A stretch of DNA of 64,000 nt. Origin: Eledone cirrhosa. Taxonomy: Eukaryota. Shown here piece after piece: positions 14,840-29,269 of this stretch. The stretch covers positions 48,856,001 to 48,920,000 of the forward strand of contig OZ024752.1 in the NCBI GenBank assembly GCA_964016885.1. Reading direction: 5' to 3'. A program made the translations under genes and the position numbers. How positions within the stretch are numbered: the first letter of the stretch is position 1; every line of letters starts with the position of its first letter. The notes beneath the pieces are model-generated. The model saw nothing but the letters and a program-made list of their open reading frames with translations, was not told the origin of the DNA and ran no database searches.

Positions 14840-15246
14840 AAAGCAATGTAGAAGTGTTCATATGCATGTGAGGCTAACAAACATATTAGAGTCATATAAA
14901 AGAAAGAATATGCGAATATGCTTCGGAAAAAGAGTTTGAAAAGTATGGAATCATTCATCAGAAAGTTGAGGATTCTTCAGTGACAAGTATTGTTTAGAGG
15001 TAAATGCCAACCAAGGAAATCTGTCAACAGACTCTACCACACAAGAGTGTTCAATTGATTTAAATTAACTTTGAAATGTTTGATGTGTGTTCCAGCGTAC
15101 ATTTTATTTTATAAAAACACACGTATACACACAGGCATATACACGCATATAGATACACAGAGACAGATATATTATATATATTATATATATATTATATATA
15201 TATGTATATGTATATATATATAGTTATATATATACACACGCACATT

Positions 15247-15285
<39 letters not shown>

Positions 15286-15431
15286 ATGTGTATATATAGT
15301 TATATATATACACATACATTTATATATATATATATATACATGTATATATATAGTTATATATATACACACGCTCATTTATATATATATGTGTGTGTGTGTA
15401 TGTATATATATAGTTATATATATACACATAC

Positions 15432-15469
<38 letters not shown>

Positions 15470-15495
15470 ATATATAGTTATATATATACACACAC

Positions 15496-15532
<37 letters not shown>

Positions 15533-15614
15533 TATATATACACACACATTTATAAACACATATCGTTTGCGTACAGGAAAAGAAAACGTTAAAATGAGGA
15601 TGATATATATATAT

Positions 15615-15664
<50 letters not shown>

Positions 15665-15845
15665 GTGCAACTGCTGCTTCTCAGTTTCAAGAAATTGCCA
15701 TCCCTTGACCTTTTTCTCAAACATAGGTGGCACAAACATGACTTTTTAGCCCCACCATGGACTTAGATTCCTTTCTGCATATGCTGCAGTAAAAGACAAA
15801 TGAAAAGGACCATGCTCACACAACACATATCAAAATTGTTTAGAT

Positions 15846-16815
15846 CTGTTCATTTTCCTGACATTTGAACATTATTCTATGTACTATACATGCACCTTTG
15901 ATGAGCTGTAGTGCACCTGAGCACTGTACACAATAATTACATTATTATTTATTATATATGACTCATACACTGTTCATTTTCCTGACATTTGTACATTATT
16001 CTATGTACTATACATGCACCTTTGATGAGCTGTAGTGCACCTGAGCACTGTACACAATAATTACATTATTATTTATTATATATGACTCATACACTGTTCA
16101 TTTTCCTGACATTTGTACATTATTCTATGTACTATACATGCACCTTTGATGAGCTGTAGTGCACCTGAGCACTGTACACAATAATTACATTATTATTTAT
16201 TATATATGACTCATACACTGTTCATTTTCCTGACATTTGTACATTATTCTATGTACTATACATGCACCTTTGATGAGCTGTAGTGCACCTGAGCACTGTA
16301 CACAATAATTACATTATTATTTATTATATATGACTCATACACTGTTCATTTTCCTGACATTTGTACATTATTCTATGTACTATACATGCACCTTTGATGA
16401 GCTGTAGTGCACCTGAGCACTGTACACAATAATTACATTATTATTTATTATATATGACTCATACACTGTTCATTTTCCTGACATTTGTACATTATTCTAT
16501 GTACTATACATGCACCTTTGATGAGCTGTAGTGCACCTGAGCACTGTACACAATAATTACATTATTATTTATTATATATGACTCATACACTGTTCATTTT
16601 CCTGACATTTGTACATTATTCTATGTACTATACATGCACCTTTGATGAGCTGTAGTGCACCTGAGCACTGTACACAATAATTACATTATTATTTATTATA
16701 TATGACTCATACACTGTTCATTTTCCTGACATTTGTACATTATTCTATGTACTATACATGCACCTTTGATGAGTTGTAGTGCACCTGAACACTGTACACA
16801 ATAATTTCATTATCA
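15846..16815 (+). repeat. 124-bp tandem repeat, ~7.8 copies, derived from a dispersed retroposon-like 3' end
   Basis: Units start at 15846, 15970, 16094 and so on. Monomers occur at 30069-30125, 30330-30447, 32395-32712(-), 46858-47098(-). Confidence 0.9.
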
Positions 16816-17329
16816 TACACACGAACACTTATCTGGTGAAGGGTGGGGTGTTAGAGCATGGATGCAGTTTTAGGATGTGGGTGTTGTATGGAAGCAGGAT
16901 GGGAAGGAAAGGTACTGCTAAACTAGATGTATGCATCAACACTTGCCCATATTTAGGGAATATATATATACATATACTTAAATATATATATATATAGTAA
17001 TAATAATAAATTTGAAGACAAAAATCCAAAGAGGGCTCGATAAGGATAAATATATATCAAATATATAAGAACCGTAGAGCAAATATTTATTAAAATAACA
17101 GATTAAAGTTTAAGCAAAGAATCGGTGCTTTCACCCTTAACGGGATCTTCTGAAACTAACAAAGTCAATCTATATATAATACATAGATAATATATATATA
17201 ATATATATATAATACATATTTAAATATATATAAACATATATAAATATATATATATATATAAACCTATATAAATATATATTTATATATATATAAACCTATA
17301 TAAATATATATTTATATATATATATAAAG

Positions 17330-17364
<35 letters not shown>

Positions 17365-17365
<1 letters not shown>

Positions 17366-18033
17366 CATCATCATCATCATCATCATCATTTTACGTCCGC
17401 TTTTCCCTGCATGCAAGGGTGGGACGGGTCTTATTCAGCACAGCATCTCTCCACTCGTCACGGTCCCTCGTCATCTCCACCGTGAGCTTCAATGATCTGA
17501 GGTCTGTTCTCACCACCTCCGCCCATGTCCCCCGTGGTCTACCTCTACCACGTCTTCCTTCAACTGGCATTTCCTGGCACTTCTTCACCCATCGGTCATC
17601 CTCCATGCGCACCACATGTCCATACCACCTCAGTCTCCTCTCCCGTACACTACATTCTATCCCTCTCAGACACAGTTTCTCTCTCAACACATTTATGCTG
17701 GGTCGTTCACGCACATTTACACTGCACATCCAACGGAGCATATCCTCTGCGGTAGCTGCCCATGTCTCACTACCATGCAGCATCGCGCTCCTCACACAGG
17801 CATCATACAACCGGCCTTTCGTACGCAGGGAGAAACCCTTCTTCATCAACAGAGGAAGCAGCTCCCTAAACTTCCTCCAACCCGTCTTTATTCTAGATAC
17901 TATGGCCTCGGAACACCCTCCTCCCATGCTAATCTGATCTCCTAGGTACCGGAAGCTATCCACCACTTCTATAGCGCCCTCTCGCATTTGAAAAATGTGT
18001 CTATCAGTGCGACTTCTACTGTCTAATTTCCCT
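17365..18033 (-). mobile_element. 5'-truncated RTE-clade LINE (RT C-terminal region and (ATG)n tail)
   Basis: Translation [47 protein letters not shown] is typical of RTE. Stop is followed by TGA repeats. Confidence 0.9.
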
Positions 18034-18216
18034 GTATATATATATATTATATATATACATAAACATATATAAATATATATTATATATATATATAAACATA
18101 TATAAATATATATATATATATATTTATATACAGACACACACATATATATAAATATAAATATATACATAAAATATATAAATATATATTGTATATATATATT
18201 CATACACACACACACA

Positions 18217-18280
<64 letters not shown>

Positions 18281-18647
18281 TATATATACGCACATACACA
18301 CACATACATATGTATATATATATATACACACACACATACATAAATATATATATATATACACACACATATATATATATATATACACACAGATATATATATA
18401 TACACACACACACACATATATAAATATATACACATACACAGACATATACATATATATATATATATACACACACACATACATATACACATATATATACATA
18501 CATACACACACAGACATATATATATATATACACACATACACGCATACACACATATATATATATACATACACACACACATACACATATATATATATACACA
18601 CACATATATATATATATATTTCTTTATTTACCATAAAGGCATTTTAC

Positions 18648-18710
<63 letters not shown>

Positions 18711-18731
18711 CACAAACACATACACACACAC

Positions 18732-18784
<53 letters not shown>

Positions 18785-18826
18785 CATACATACACACACA
18801 CATATATATATATACATATATATATA

Positions 18827-20257
<1,431 letters not shown>

Positions 20258-20496
20258 CTGGAGGGCAGCTGTCAGAATGGATCCCTCATTCTGCTAATCT
20301 GCTGGCTCATTCTCTTGAACTCTGCAATCAGCTCGAATCAACTCTCTGCTATGGTTCGCCGGCAAAGGTGCTTACATTGACAGGCCATTGCATCTGCTGC
20401 TACCACTTTTGGCTTTCTGCACTTCCATATATATATATATATGTGTATATATGTATATATATGTATGTATGTATGTATGTGTGTATATATTTGATA

Positions 20497-20550
<54 letters not shown>

Positions 20551-21026
20551 TATAAATATATATTTATATATATATATATTTTTATATACACCTATTTACA
20601 TACATACATTTATATATATATATATATACTTATATATATATATATATTTATATATACACATATTTACATACATACATTTATTTATATATATATATATATA
20701 TATAAATGTATGTATGTAAATATGTGTATATATAAATATATATATATAAGTATATATATATATATATATATAAGTATATATATATATGAGTGTATATATA
20801 TATATATATAAATGTATGTATGTAAATAGGTGTATATATAAATATATATATATGTATACTTATATATATAAATGTATGTATGTAAATATATATGTGTGTA
20901 TATATATAAACATATATATAGATATATATGTATAAGTATATATATATATGAGTGTATATATATATATATAAATGTATGTATGTAAATAGGTGTATATAAA
21001 AATATATATATATATATGTGTGTATA

Positions 21027-21090
<64 letters not shown>

Positions 21091-21091
<1 letters not shown>

Positions 21092-21404
21092 GATATATTA
21101 ACAAATGGAAACTACATTTATAAAACCATATTTATTTCATTATACAAATTTCAAGGACACCAAGTTAAATTATGGTGTGCTTTCATCAGATAAAATATAA
21201 TATAGATTATATTTTATCTGATGAAAGCACACCATAATTTAACTTGGTATCCTTGAAATATGTATATTGAAATAAATATGGTTTTATAAATATAGTTTCC
21301 ATTTGTTAATATCGAATTTTTACTCCAATTATTTGTTGAGTGCTTTATATCAGTTATAAAAATATTTGCTTGTTGTATCCACACAATTTAAATAGAACTT
21401 CTAC
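21091..21404 (+). mobile_element. (TA)n-embedded fold-back element with hammerhead motif (palindrome 21091-21314 plus tail)
   Basis: Imperfect inverted repeat centred near 21203. Reads TATTTTAT-CTGATGA(21218)-AAGCACACCA..TGGTATCCTT-GAAA-TATGTA-TA-TTGAAATA. Homologous to 24372-24653. Confidence 0.7.
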
Positions 21405-21726
21405 ATATATATATATATGTATATATATATATGTATCTCTCATCTCTCCCTCCCTATCTCTCTCTCTCTCTCTCTCTTACTTTCTCTTGTCTACCTTCTG
21501 TATTTTCTTTCCTTCATCTGAAATTCCTTTTCAATCTCTATAGATCTATTTTTGTCTCTCTCTCTCTCTCAGATACAATCTCTCTCTCTCTCTCTCACAC
21601 ACACTTTCTGTCTCTCTCTCTCTCTCTCTCACACACTTTCTGTCTCTCTCTCTCTCTCTCACACACACTTTCTGTCTCTCTCTCTCTCAGATACAACCTC
21701 TCTCTCTCTCTCTCTCACGCACACTT

Positions 21727-21769
<43 letters not shown>

Positions 21770-21972
21770 CACACTTTCTGTCTCTCTCTCTCTCAGATAC
21801 AATCTCTCTCTCTCTCTCTCTCACGCACACTTTCTGTCTCTCTCTCTCTCTCTCTTACACACACTTTCTGTCTCTCTCTCTCAGATACAATCTCTCTCTC
21901 TCTCTCTCTCTCACGCACACTTTCTGTCTCTCTCTCTCTCTCTCACACACACTTTCTGTCTCTCTCTCTCAG

Positions 21973-22014
<42 letters not shown>

Positions 22015-22022
22015 GCACACTT

Positions 22023-22061
<39 letters not shown>

Positions 22062-22425
22062 CTTTCTGTCTCTCTCTCTCTCCATTTTTCTCATAATCTT
22101 TCTACCATTACTCAAATTCTACTTCACTAATCCCTCCCACCTCCCACCTCCCTCCTTTTCCTCTCTCCCTGCTACCCTTGGTGGTGATGAAAGTGATAAT
22201 GATGATGATGATGATGGTGATAACATCAATAGCGATATTGTTGATAACGGTGGAAGTGTTGATGAAGGCAGTGATGATGATGATGATGATGATGATGATA
22301 AGGCTGATGAAAGTGATAATGTCGATGGATGTAATAATGATGATGAAAATATTGATGACATCAGATACCGCAACTTACATATATTCTCACTGGTAAACAT
22401 GACATAGATCCCTGCACCCCCTTCC

Positions 22426-22462
<37 letters not shown>

Positions 22463-22567
22463 GTAATTGTTTCTACGTTAGGCACAAGGCCAGCAATTAC
22501 CCAGTGTATTACTGGTACTTTATTTTATCGACCCCCGTAAGGATGACAGGCAAAGTTAACCTCGGCA

Positions 22568-23231
22568 TAATAATAATGATTTCTTTATTGGCCACAAGGG
22601 CTGACATCAAGAAAAACATTACAGACGGCACAGGGCGGTACAGGACCATACGATGTGGGTTTTGTGCGTGTAAATATTTTTTATAAGAAAAGAAAAAAAA
22701 GACATAGAAACATATATATATATATAAACAATAAAAATGAAAATTGAAACAATGAAAAATTCCCCAATAGGGTGGAAACCTCCGAGGGTTACTCGTGGCC
22801 AAAACCACACAAAAGACCACGGCCACCCTGACCACCAGGGCAAGCGCCCTCTCTCAATTTTTTCCATTTCTCAAACTACAGACGTATATTCAGAGAGGTC
22901 CCTTTCACTCGGATCATTCTCGCTACATTTCACCCACCTTTCAACAAACTTGCTAGAGGGCAGCACTTGCCTCTCCACCCTGATTTTCCTCTTCAAGTGA
23001 AACTTGAAAAAGTTAATTAGGGATTCGCCGAAGAGGAAAGTGTCTGTCTTTAACTCTTTCAACCTTGTCCACCACACAATCTCTTTCGCCATGGCCACCA
23101 GGCAGATGAAAACCGCCTGCCCTTCCTCCTCGAAGGAAGACGGCGAGACCATCTGCACAATGGACTCAGTCGATAACCGGATCAGTCCTACACGCGACAG
23201 CAACTGTTCGACATAGCTCCACAAGTCAGCA
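22568..23231 (-). mobile_element. Second L1/Tx1-like LINE 3' fragment
   Basis: ADLWSYVEQLLSRVG..FFKFHLKRKIRVERQVL is homologous to the adjacent copy; (ATT)n tail. Confidence 0.8.
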
Positions 23232-23862
23232 ATAATAATAATAATGCTTTCTTTATTAACCACAAGGGTTTACATAAAGTAGACATTAAGGACAATACAG
23301 GACGGAAAAAAAAACAAAAACAGAGGATGTAACAAAAAAAGAACAATGAAAAATTTCCCAATAGGGGGAGACTTTCGAGGGCCATCGTGGAGAAAGCCCA
23401 TTAAAAAAAAGCCACGGTGACCCTGACCACCAGGGCAAGTGCCCTCTCACAGTTTTTCACCTTCAATTTACAGACACATACTCAGAGTAGGCCCATTCAC
23501 TCGGGCCATTCTTGCCTCTCTCACCCATCTTTCAACAAAATGCTGGGAAGAGAGCACTTCCCTCTCTACCCTGATTTTCCTTTGCAAATGAAATTTGAAA
23601 AAGTTAATCAGGGCATCACCGAAGAGGTAAGTGCTCGTCTTCAGCCCTTTCAGATGCGTCCACCATACTCTATCTTTCGCCATGGCCACCAGACAGATAA
23701 AAACTGCCTGCCCTTCCCGGCTAAAGGAAGAGGGCGGGGCAATCCTCACGATGGACTCAGCTGATAGCCGGATCCGTCCTACACGCGACAGCAGGTGTTC
23801 GACATAAACCCACAAGTCAGCAATGCTCGGACACTGGACGAGTGCATGCAGGACGGTTTCTA
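23232..23862 (-). mobile_element. L1/Tx1-like LINE 3' end (ORF2 zinc-knuckle tail, 3' UTR, (ATT)n)
   Basis: ETVLHALVQCP..LW motif; ends AATAAAGAAAGCATTATTATT. Confidence 0.8.
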
Positions 23863-24311
23863 CTTTTGGCACAAGGCAGCAAGTTACCTCTTATATATGT
23901 GTGTACAACAAATATTAATACAAAAAGTGCCTCCTCCATTATCCAGTGGTGGCCATGAATGGACCCCACACCCATTGGTAGCACATACATGTGAAGTGTA
24001 TGAAACTTTGTTTACATCATCATCATCATCATCATTTTACGTCCGCTTTTTCCCTGCTTGCAAGGGTGGGACGGGAACTGATTCTGGCTTGATTTCTACA
24101 GCTGGATGCCCTTCCTAACACCAACCTTATTTACAGTGAGTGCTGGGTGCTTTCTTTTGCCGTGGCACCTCCCCAACCACTTTACAGTGGAATGATAGGA
24201 ACCCCAGTCCCTATCATCTCATTTCTACAGCTGAGTAAACTGGAGCAATGTGAAATAAAGTGTCTTGCTCAAGGAAACAACACATCACCCGGTCTGAGAA
24301 TTGAACTCACA

Positions 24312-24371
<60 letters not shown>

Positions 24372-24375
<4 letters not shown>

Positions 24376-24651
24376 AAGTTATATTTAAAATTGTTGGGTT
24401 ACAACTAGTAAATATTTATAACTGATATAAAAGCACTCGACAAATATTTGGAGTATATTTGCAATATTAAATAAATGGAAAACTATATTTATAAAACCAT
24501 ATTTATTTCATTATATATATTTCGGGGATATCATATTAACAATATGCTATGCCTTCATCAGACAAAATACAATATAAACAGTTTTATAGATAAATATATT
24601 CGACATACCGTAATAAACTTCAACTTCATTTGAAGAGGTTTACGCTAGCAG

Positions 24652-24653
<2 letters not shown>
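24372..24653 (-). mobile_element. Non-inverted relative of the 21091 element, hammerhead motif at 24504-24569
   Basis: Minus strand reads TATTTTGT-CTGATGA-AGGCATAGCATATT..AATATGATATCCCC-GAAA-TATATA-TA-ATGAAATA. Tail is similar to 21270-21404. TA flanks. Confidence 0.7.
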
Positions 24654-24695
<42 letters not shown>

Positions 24696-24700
<5 letters not shown>

Positions 24701-24887
24701 AATGAGTAGGACCCCGACGGCTGAGCTCAAGCTGTTTCGACGGCTAATTCTGGTCCAGAATTAGCCGTCGAAACGGCTTGAGCTCAGCCGTCGGGGTCCT
24801 ACTCGTTCCTATTACCCACTCTACTACCCTAAGTATTGAGTACTTTGGTGCGTTATGGTCCACCTGGTTCCTTACCACATTTCCTTC

Positions 24888-24890
<3 letters not shown>
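24696..24890 (+). mobile_element. Family F copy 2
   Basis: Near-identical to 9779-9974; TA tracts on both sides. Confidence 0.7.
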
Positions 24891-24957
<67 letters not shown>

Positions 24958-25924
24958 AAAATGTTTGACCCCGACGTCGCGAAACGGCTTGAGCTCTGCC
25001 GTCAGGGTCATACTTTTTCCTATGTATGTGTATCATCATCATTTTACGTCCGCTTTTCCCTGCTTGCGGACGTGAAATGATGATGATGATGATGATGATG
25101 ATACACATACATACATATATATATACATATATATATACAGTGTACAATATAAGATATATATATGAAATAACAGCACCAAACATTTACATTATCTATAAAC
25201 ATGCATTGGCAACCAAGCGATTTATCAGGATATCAGCAACAAAAAATATTGTGTTACTGTGAATGTGTGTGTGTCTGTGTATTTCTTAGTGTGAATATGC
25301 ATGTGTGTGAATATGCATGTGTATCTGTACGTTTGTGTGTGTGTGTGTGTGAGTATGGATGTGTGTCTGTGTATTTCTTAGTGTGAATATGCATGTGTGT
25401 CTGTACGTTTGTGTGTGTGTGTGTGAGTATGCATGTGTGTCTGTATGTTTGTGTGTGTGTGTGTGAGTATGCATGTGTGTCTGTACGTTTGTGTGTGTGT
25501 GTGTGTGTGTGTGGATGTGTGTCTGTGTATTTCTTACTGTGAATATGCATGTGTGTCTGTACGTTTGTGTGTGTGTGTGTGAGTATGCATGTGTGTCTGT
25601 ATGTTTGTGTGTGTGTGTGTGTGTGTGAGTATGTATGTGTGTCTGTATATTTCTTAGTGTGAATATGCATATGTGTCTGTACGTTTATGTGTGTGTGTGT
25701 GTGAGTATGGATGTGTGTCTGTGTATTTCTTAGTGTGAATATGCATGTGTGTCTGTACGTTTATGTGTGTGTGTGTGTGAGTATGGATGTGTGTCTGTGT
25801 ATTTCTTAGTGTGAATATGCATGTGTGTCTGTACGTTTGTGTGTGTCACTGTAAATGTGTGTCTATATGTTTGTGTGTGTGAGTATGCATATGTGTGTCT
25901 ATATGTGTATGTGTGTATACATGA

Positions 25925-25985
<61 letters not shown>

Positions 25986-26117
25986 TATATACGTTGTTCG
26001 ACGTGCGTCAGGTCTGACGATGAGTGCCCCAACCATAAAATTACCACGTAAGTGGCTGAGTATTCCACAGACACATGTACCCTTAACTTAAGTCTCAGGG
26101 AGATGCAGTGTGACACA

Positions 26118-26838
26118 GGGGGGGGGGGGTGAAGGTGGTGGTGGTGAAGGTGTAGGTGGTGGTGGTGGTGAAGGTGGTGGTGGTAGTGAAGGTGGTGGTG
26201 GTGAAGGTGGTGGTGGTGGTGGTGGTGAAGGTGGTGGTGGTGAAGGTGGTGGTGGTGGTGGTGGTGAAGGTGTGGTGAAGGTGGTGGTGGTGGTGTAGGT
26301 GGTGGTGGTGGTGAAGGTGGTGGTGGTGGTGAAGGTGGTGGTGGTAGTGAAGGTGGTGGTGGTGGTGAAGGTGGTGGTGGTGGTGTAGGTGGTGTAGGTG
26401 GTGGTGAAGGTGTGGTGAAAGTGTGGTGAAGGTGGTGGTGGTGGTGGTGAAGGTGGTGGTGGTGGTGAAGGTGGCGTAGGTGGTGGTGAAGGTGGTGGTG
26501 GTGAAGGTGGTGGTGGTGAAGGTGGTGGTGGTGGTGAAGGTGGTGGTGAAGGTGGTGGTGGTGGTGAAGGTGGTGGTGGTGGTGAAGGTGGTGGTGGTGT
26601 AGGTGGTGGTGGTGGTGTAGGTGGTGGTGGTGGTGTAGGTGGTGGTGGTGGTGTAGGTGGTGGTGGTGGTGGTGGTGGTGTAGGTGGTGATGGTGGTGTA
26701 GGTGGTGGTGGTGGTGTAGGTGGTGATGGTGGTGAAGGTGGAGGTGGTGGTGTAGGTGGTGGTGGTGGTGAAGGTGGAGGTGGTGGTGAAGGTGGTGGTG
26801 TAGGTGGTGATGGTGGTGAAGGTGAAGGTGGTGGTGTA
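26118..26838. repeat. (GGT)n/GAA trinucleotide repeat; similar tracts at 1-365, 33668-33945, 37926-39500, 60428-61070
   Basis: Direct reading. Confidence 0.95.
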
Positions 26839-27021
26839 TGATTTTTCTTGCTTTGTTATTTTCTATGTTTTTTTTAATTTTTGCTGTTGTTTCTTTTGTC
26901 AGAAATCAGTTAATATTTTGTGTTACAACACTTATCAAAGAACTTCAATAATCTACAGCCAGGATCTTAGGGAATAACTTCCTCCACTTACATATACTTA
27001 CATACACATACACATTGGCAG

Positions 27022-27060
<39 letters not shown>

Positions 27061-27127
27061 TCATTGCAATTGTGGTTATTTATCATTCTAGCATTCAGAA
27101 TACACGTCCTGCAATTCTCATTTTTTG

Positions 27128-28390
27128 CTTAGCTACTATATCTAGCAGTCTACCCAGCCTGACTATCTGCTCTGGGACTTAGCTACTATATCTAGCAGTC
27201 TACCCAGCCTGACTATCTGCTCTGGGACTTAGCTACTATATCTAGCAGTCTACCCAGCCTGACTATCTGCTCTGGGACTTAGCTACTATATCTAGCAGTC
27301 TACCCAGCCTGACTATCTGCTCTGGGACTTAGCTACTATATCTAGCAGTCTACCCAGCCTGACTATCTGCTCTGGGACTTAGCTACTATATCTAGCAGTC
27401 TACCCAGCCTGACTATCTGCTCTGGGACTTAGCTACTATATCTAGCAGTCTACCCAGCCTGACTATCTGCTCTGGGACTTAGCTACTATATCTAGCAGTC
27501 TACCCAGCCTGACTATCTGCTCTGGGACTTAGCTACTATATCTAGCAGTCTACCCAGCCTGACTATCTTCTCTGGGACTTAGCTACTATATCTAGCAGTC
27601 TACCCAGCCTGACTATCTGCTCTGGGACTTAGCTACTATATCTAGCAGTCTACCCAGCCTGACAATCTGCTCTGGGACTTAGCTACTATATCTAGCAGTC
27701 TACCCAGCCTGACTATCTGCTCTGGGACTTAGCTACTATATCTAGCAGTCTACCCAGCCTGACTATCTGCTCTGGGACTTAGCTACTATATCTAGCAGTC
27801 TACCCAGCCTGACTATCTGCTCTGGGACTTAGCTACTATATCTAGCAGTCTACCCAGCCTGACTATCTGCTCTGGGACTTAGCTACTATATCTAGCAGTC
27901 TACCCAGCCTGACTATCTGCTCTGGGACTTAGCTACTATATCTAGCAGTCTACCCAGCCTGACTATCTGCTCTGGGACTTAGCTACTATATCTAGCAGTC
28001 TACCCAGCCTGACTATCTGCTCTGGGACTTAGCTACTATATCTAGCAGTCTACCCAGCCTGACTATCTGCTCTGGGACTTAGCTACTATATCTAGCAGTC
28101 TACCCAGCCTGACTATCTGCTCTGGGACTTAGCTACTATATCTAGCAGTCTACCCAGCCTGACTATCTTCTCTGGGACTTAGCTACTATATCTAGCAGTC
28201 TACCCAGCCTGACTATCTGCTCTGGGACTTAGCTACTATATCTAGCAGTCTACCCAGCCTGACTATCTGCTCTGGGACTTAGCTACTATATCTAGCAGTC
28301 TACCCAGCCTGACTATCTGCTCTGGGACTTAGCTACTATATCTAGCAGTCTACCCAGCCTGACTATCTTCTCTGGGACTTAGCTACTATA
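27128..28390. repeat. 50-bp minisatellite, ~25 nearly identical copies
   Basis: CTTAGCTACTATATCTAGCAGTCTACCCAGCCTGACTATCTGCTCTGGGA; only about 4 substitutions seen. Confidence 0.97.
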
Positions 28391-28631
28391 GTGTCCCGAA
28401 TCTTCCAGATCGCAACTTTTCGATCGTACGGTTGATTATAGACTTGTTCTATGTGTGACGGTATTTTAACGATAGTTATAGCTCTGATTTATCTAAATTA
28501 TGGAGCCCTCTGCCGCTCATATCGAATTTTGTTTATCGTGAACTCGTGCGCCGAATTTTCGATACTCGATTATTCTACTATATATATATATGTATAGAAT
28601 GAGAGAAAGAGAAAGAAAATATATTCATACA

Positions 28632-28668
<37 letters not shown>

Positions 28669-29213
28669 TTGTGTGTACATATTTATGTGTATAATATATG
28701 TGTGTGTTTGTGTTTACATGTATATGTGTATAATATATATATGTGTGTGTTTGTGTGTACATATTTATGTGTATAATATATATATGTGTGTGTTTGTGTT
28801 TACATGTATATGTGTATAATATATATATATGTGTGTGTTTGTGTGTACATATTTATGTGTATAATATATATATATACATATATGTTTGTGTGTACATATT
28901 TATGTGTATATATATATATGTGTGTGTGTGTACATATTTATGTGTATTATATATATATATATATGTGTGTGTTTACATGTATATGTGTATAATAGATATA
29001 TATATGTGTGTGTGTTTGTGTGTACATGTTTATGTGTATAATATATATATATACATATGTGTGTGTTTGTGTGTACATATTTATGTGTATAATATATATA
29101 TATATATATATGTGTGTGTTTGTGTGTACATGTATATGTGTATAATATATATGTGTGTGTTTTTGTGTACAATATATATATATATATATGTGTGTGTGTG
29201 TATGTATATAAGT

Positions 29214-29269
<56 letters not shown>

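Noticed and set aside
14900-14990. CTGATGA and CTGAAGA on the minus strand
   Set aside because: No matching stem II, GAAA or stem I could be built.
27128-28390. CRISPR-like appearance of the 50-bp array
   Set aside because: No unique spacers, no cas genes, eukaryotic context.
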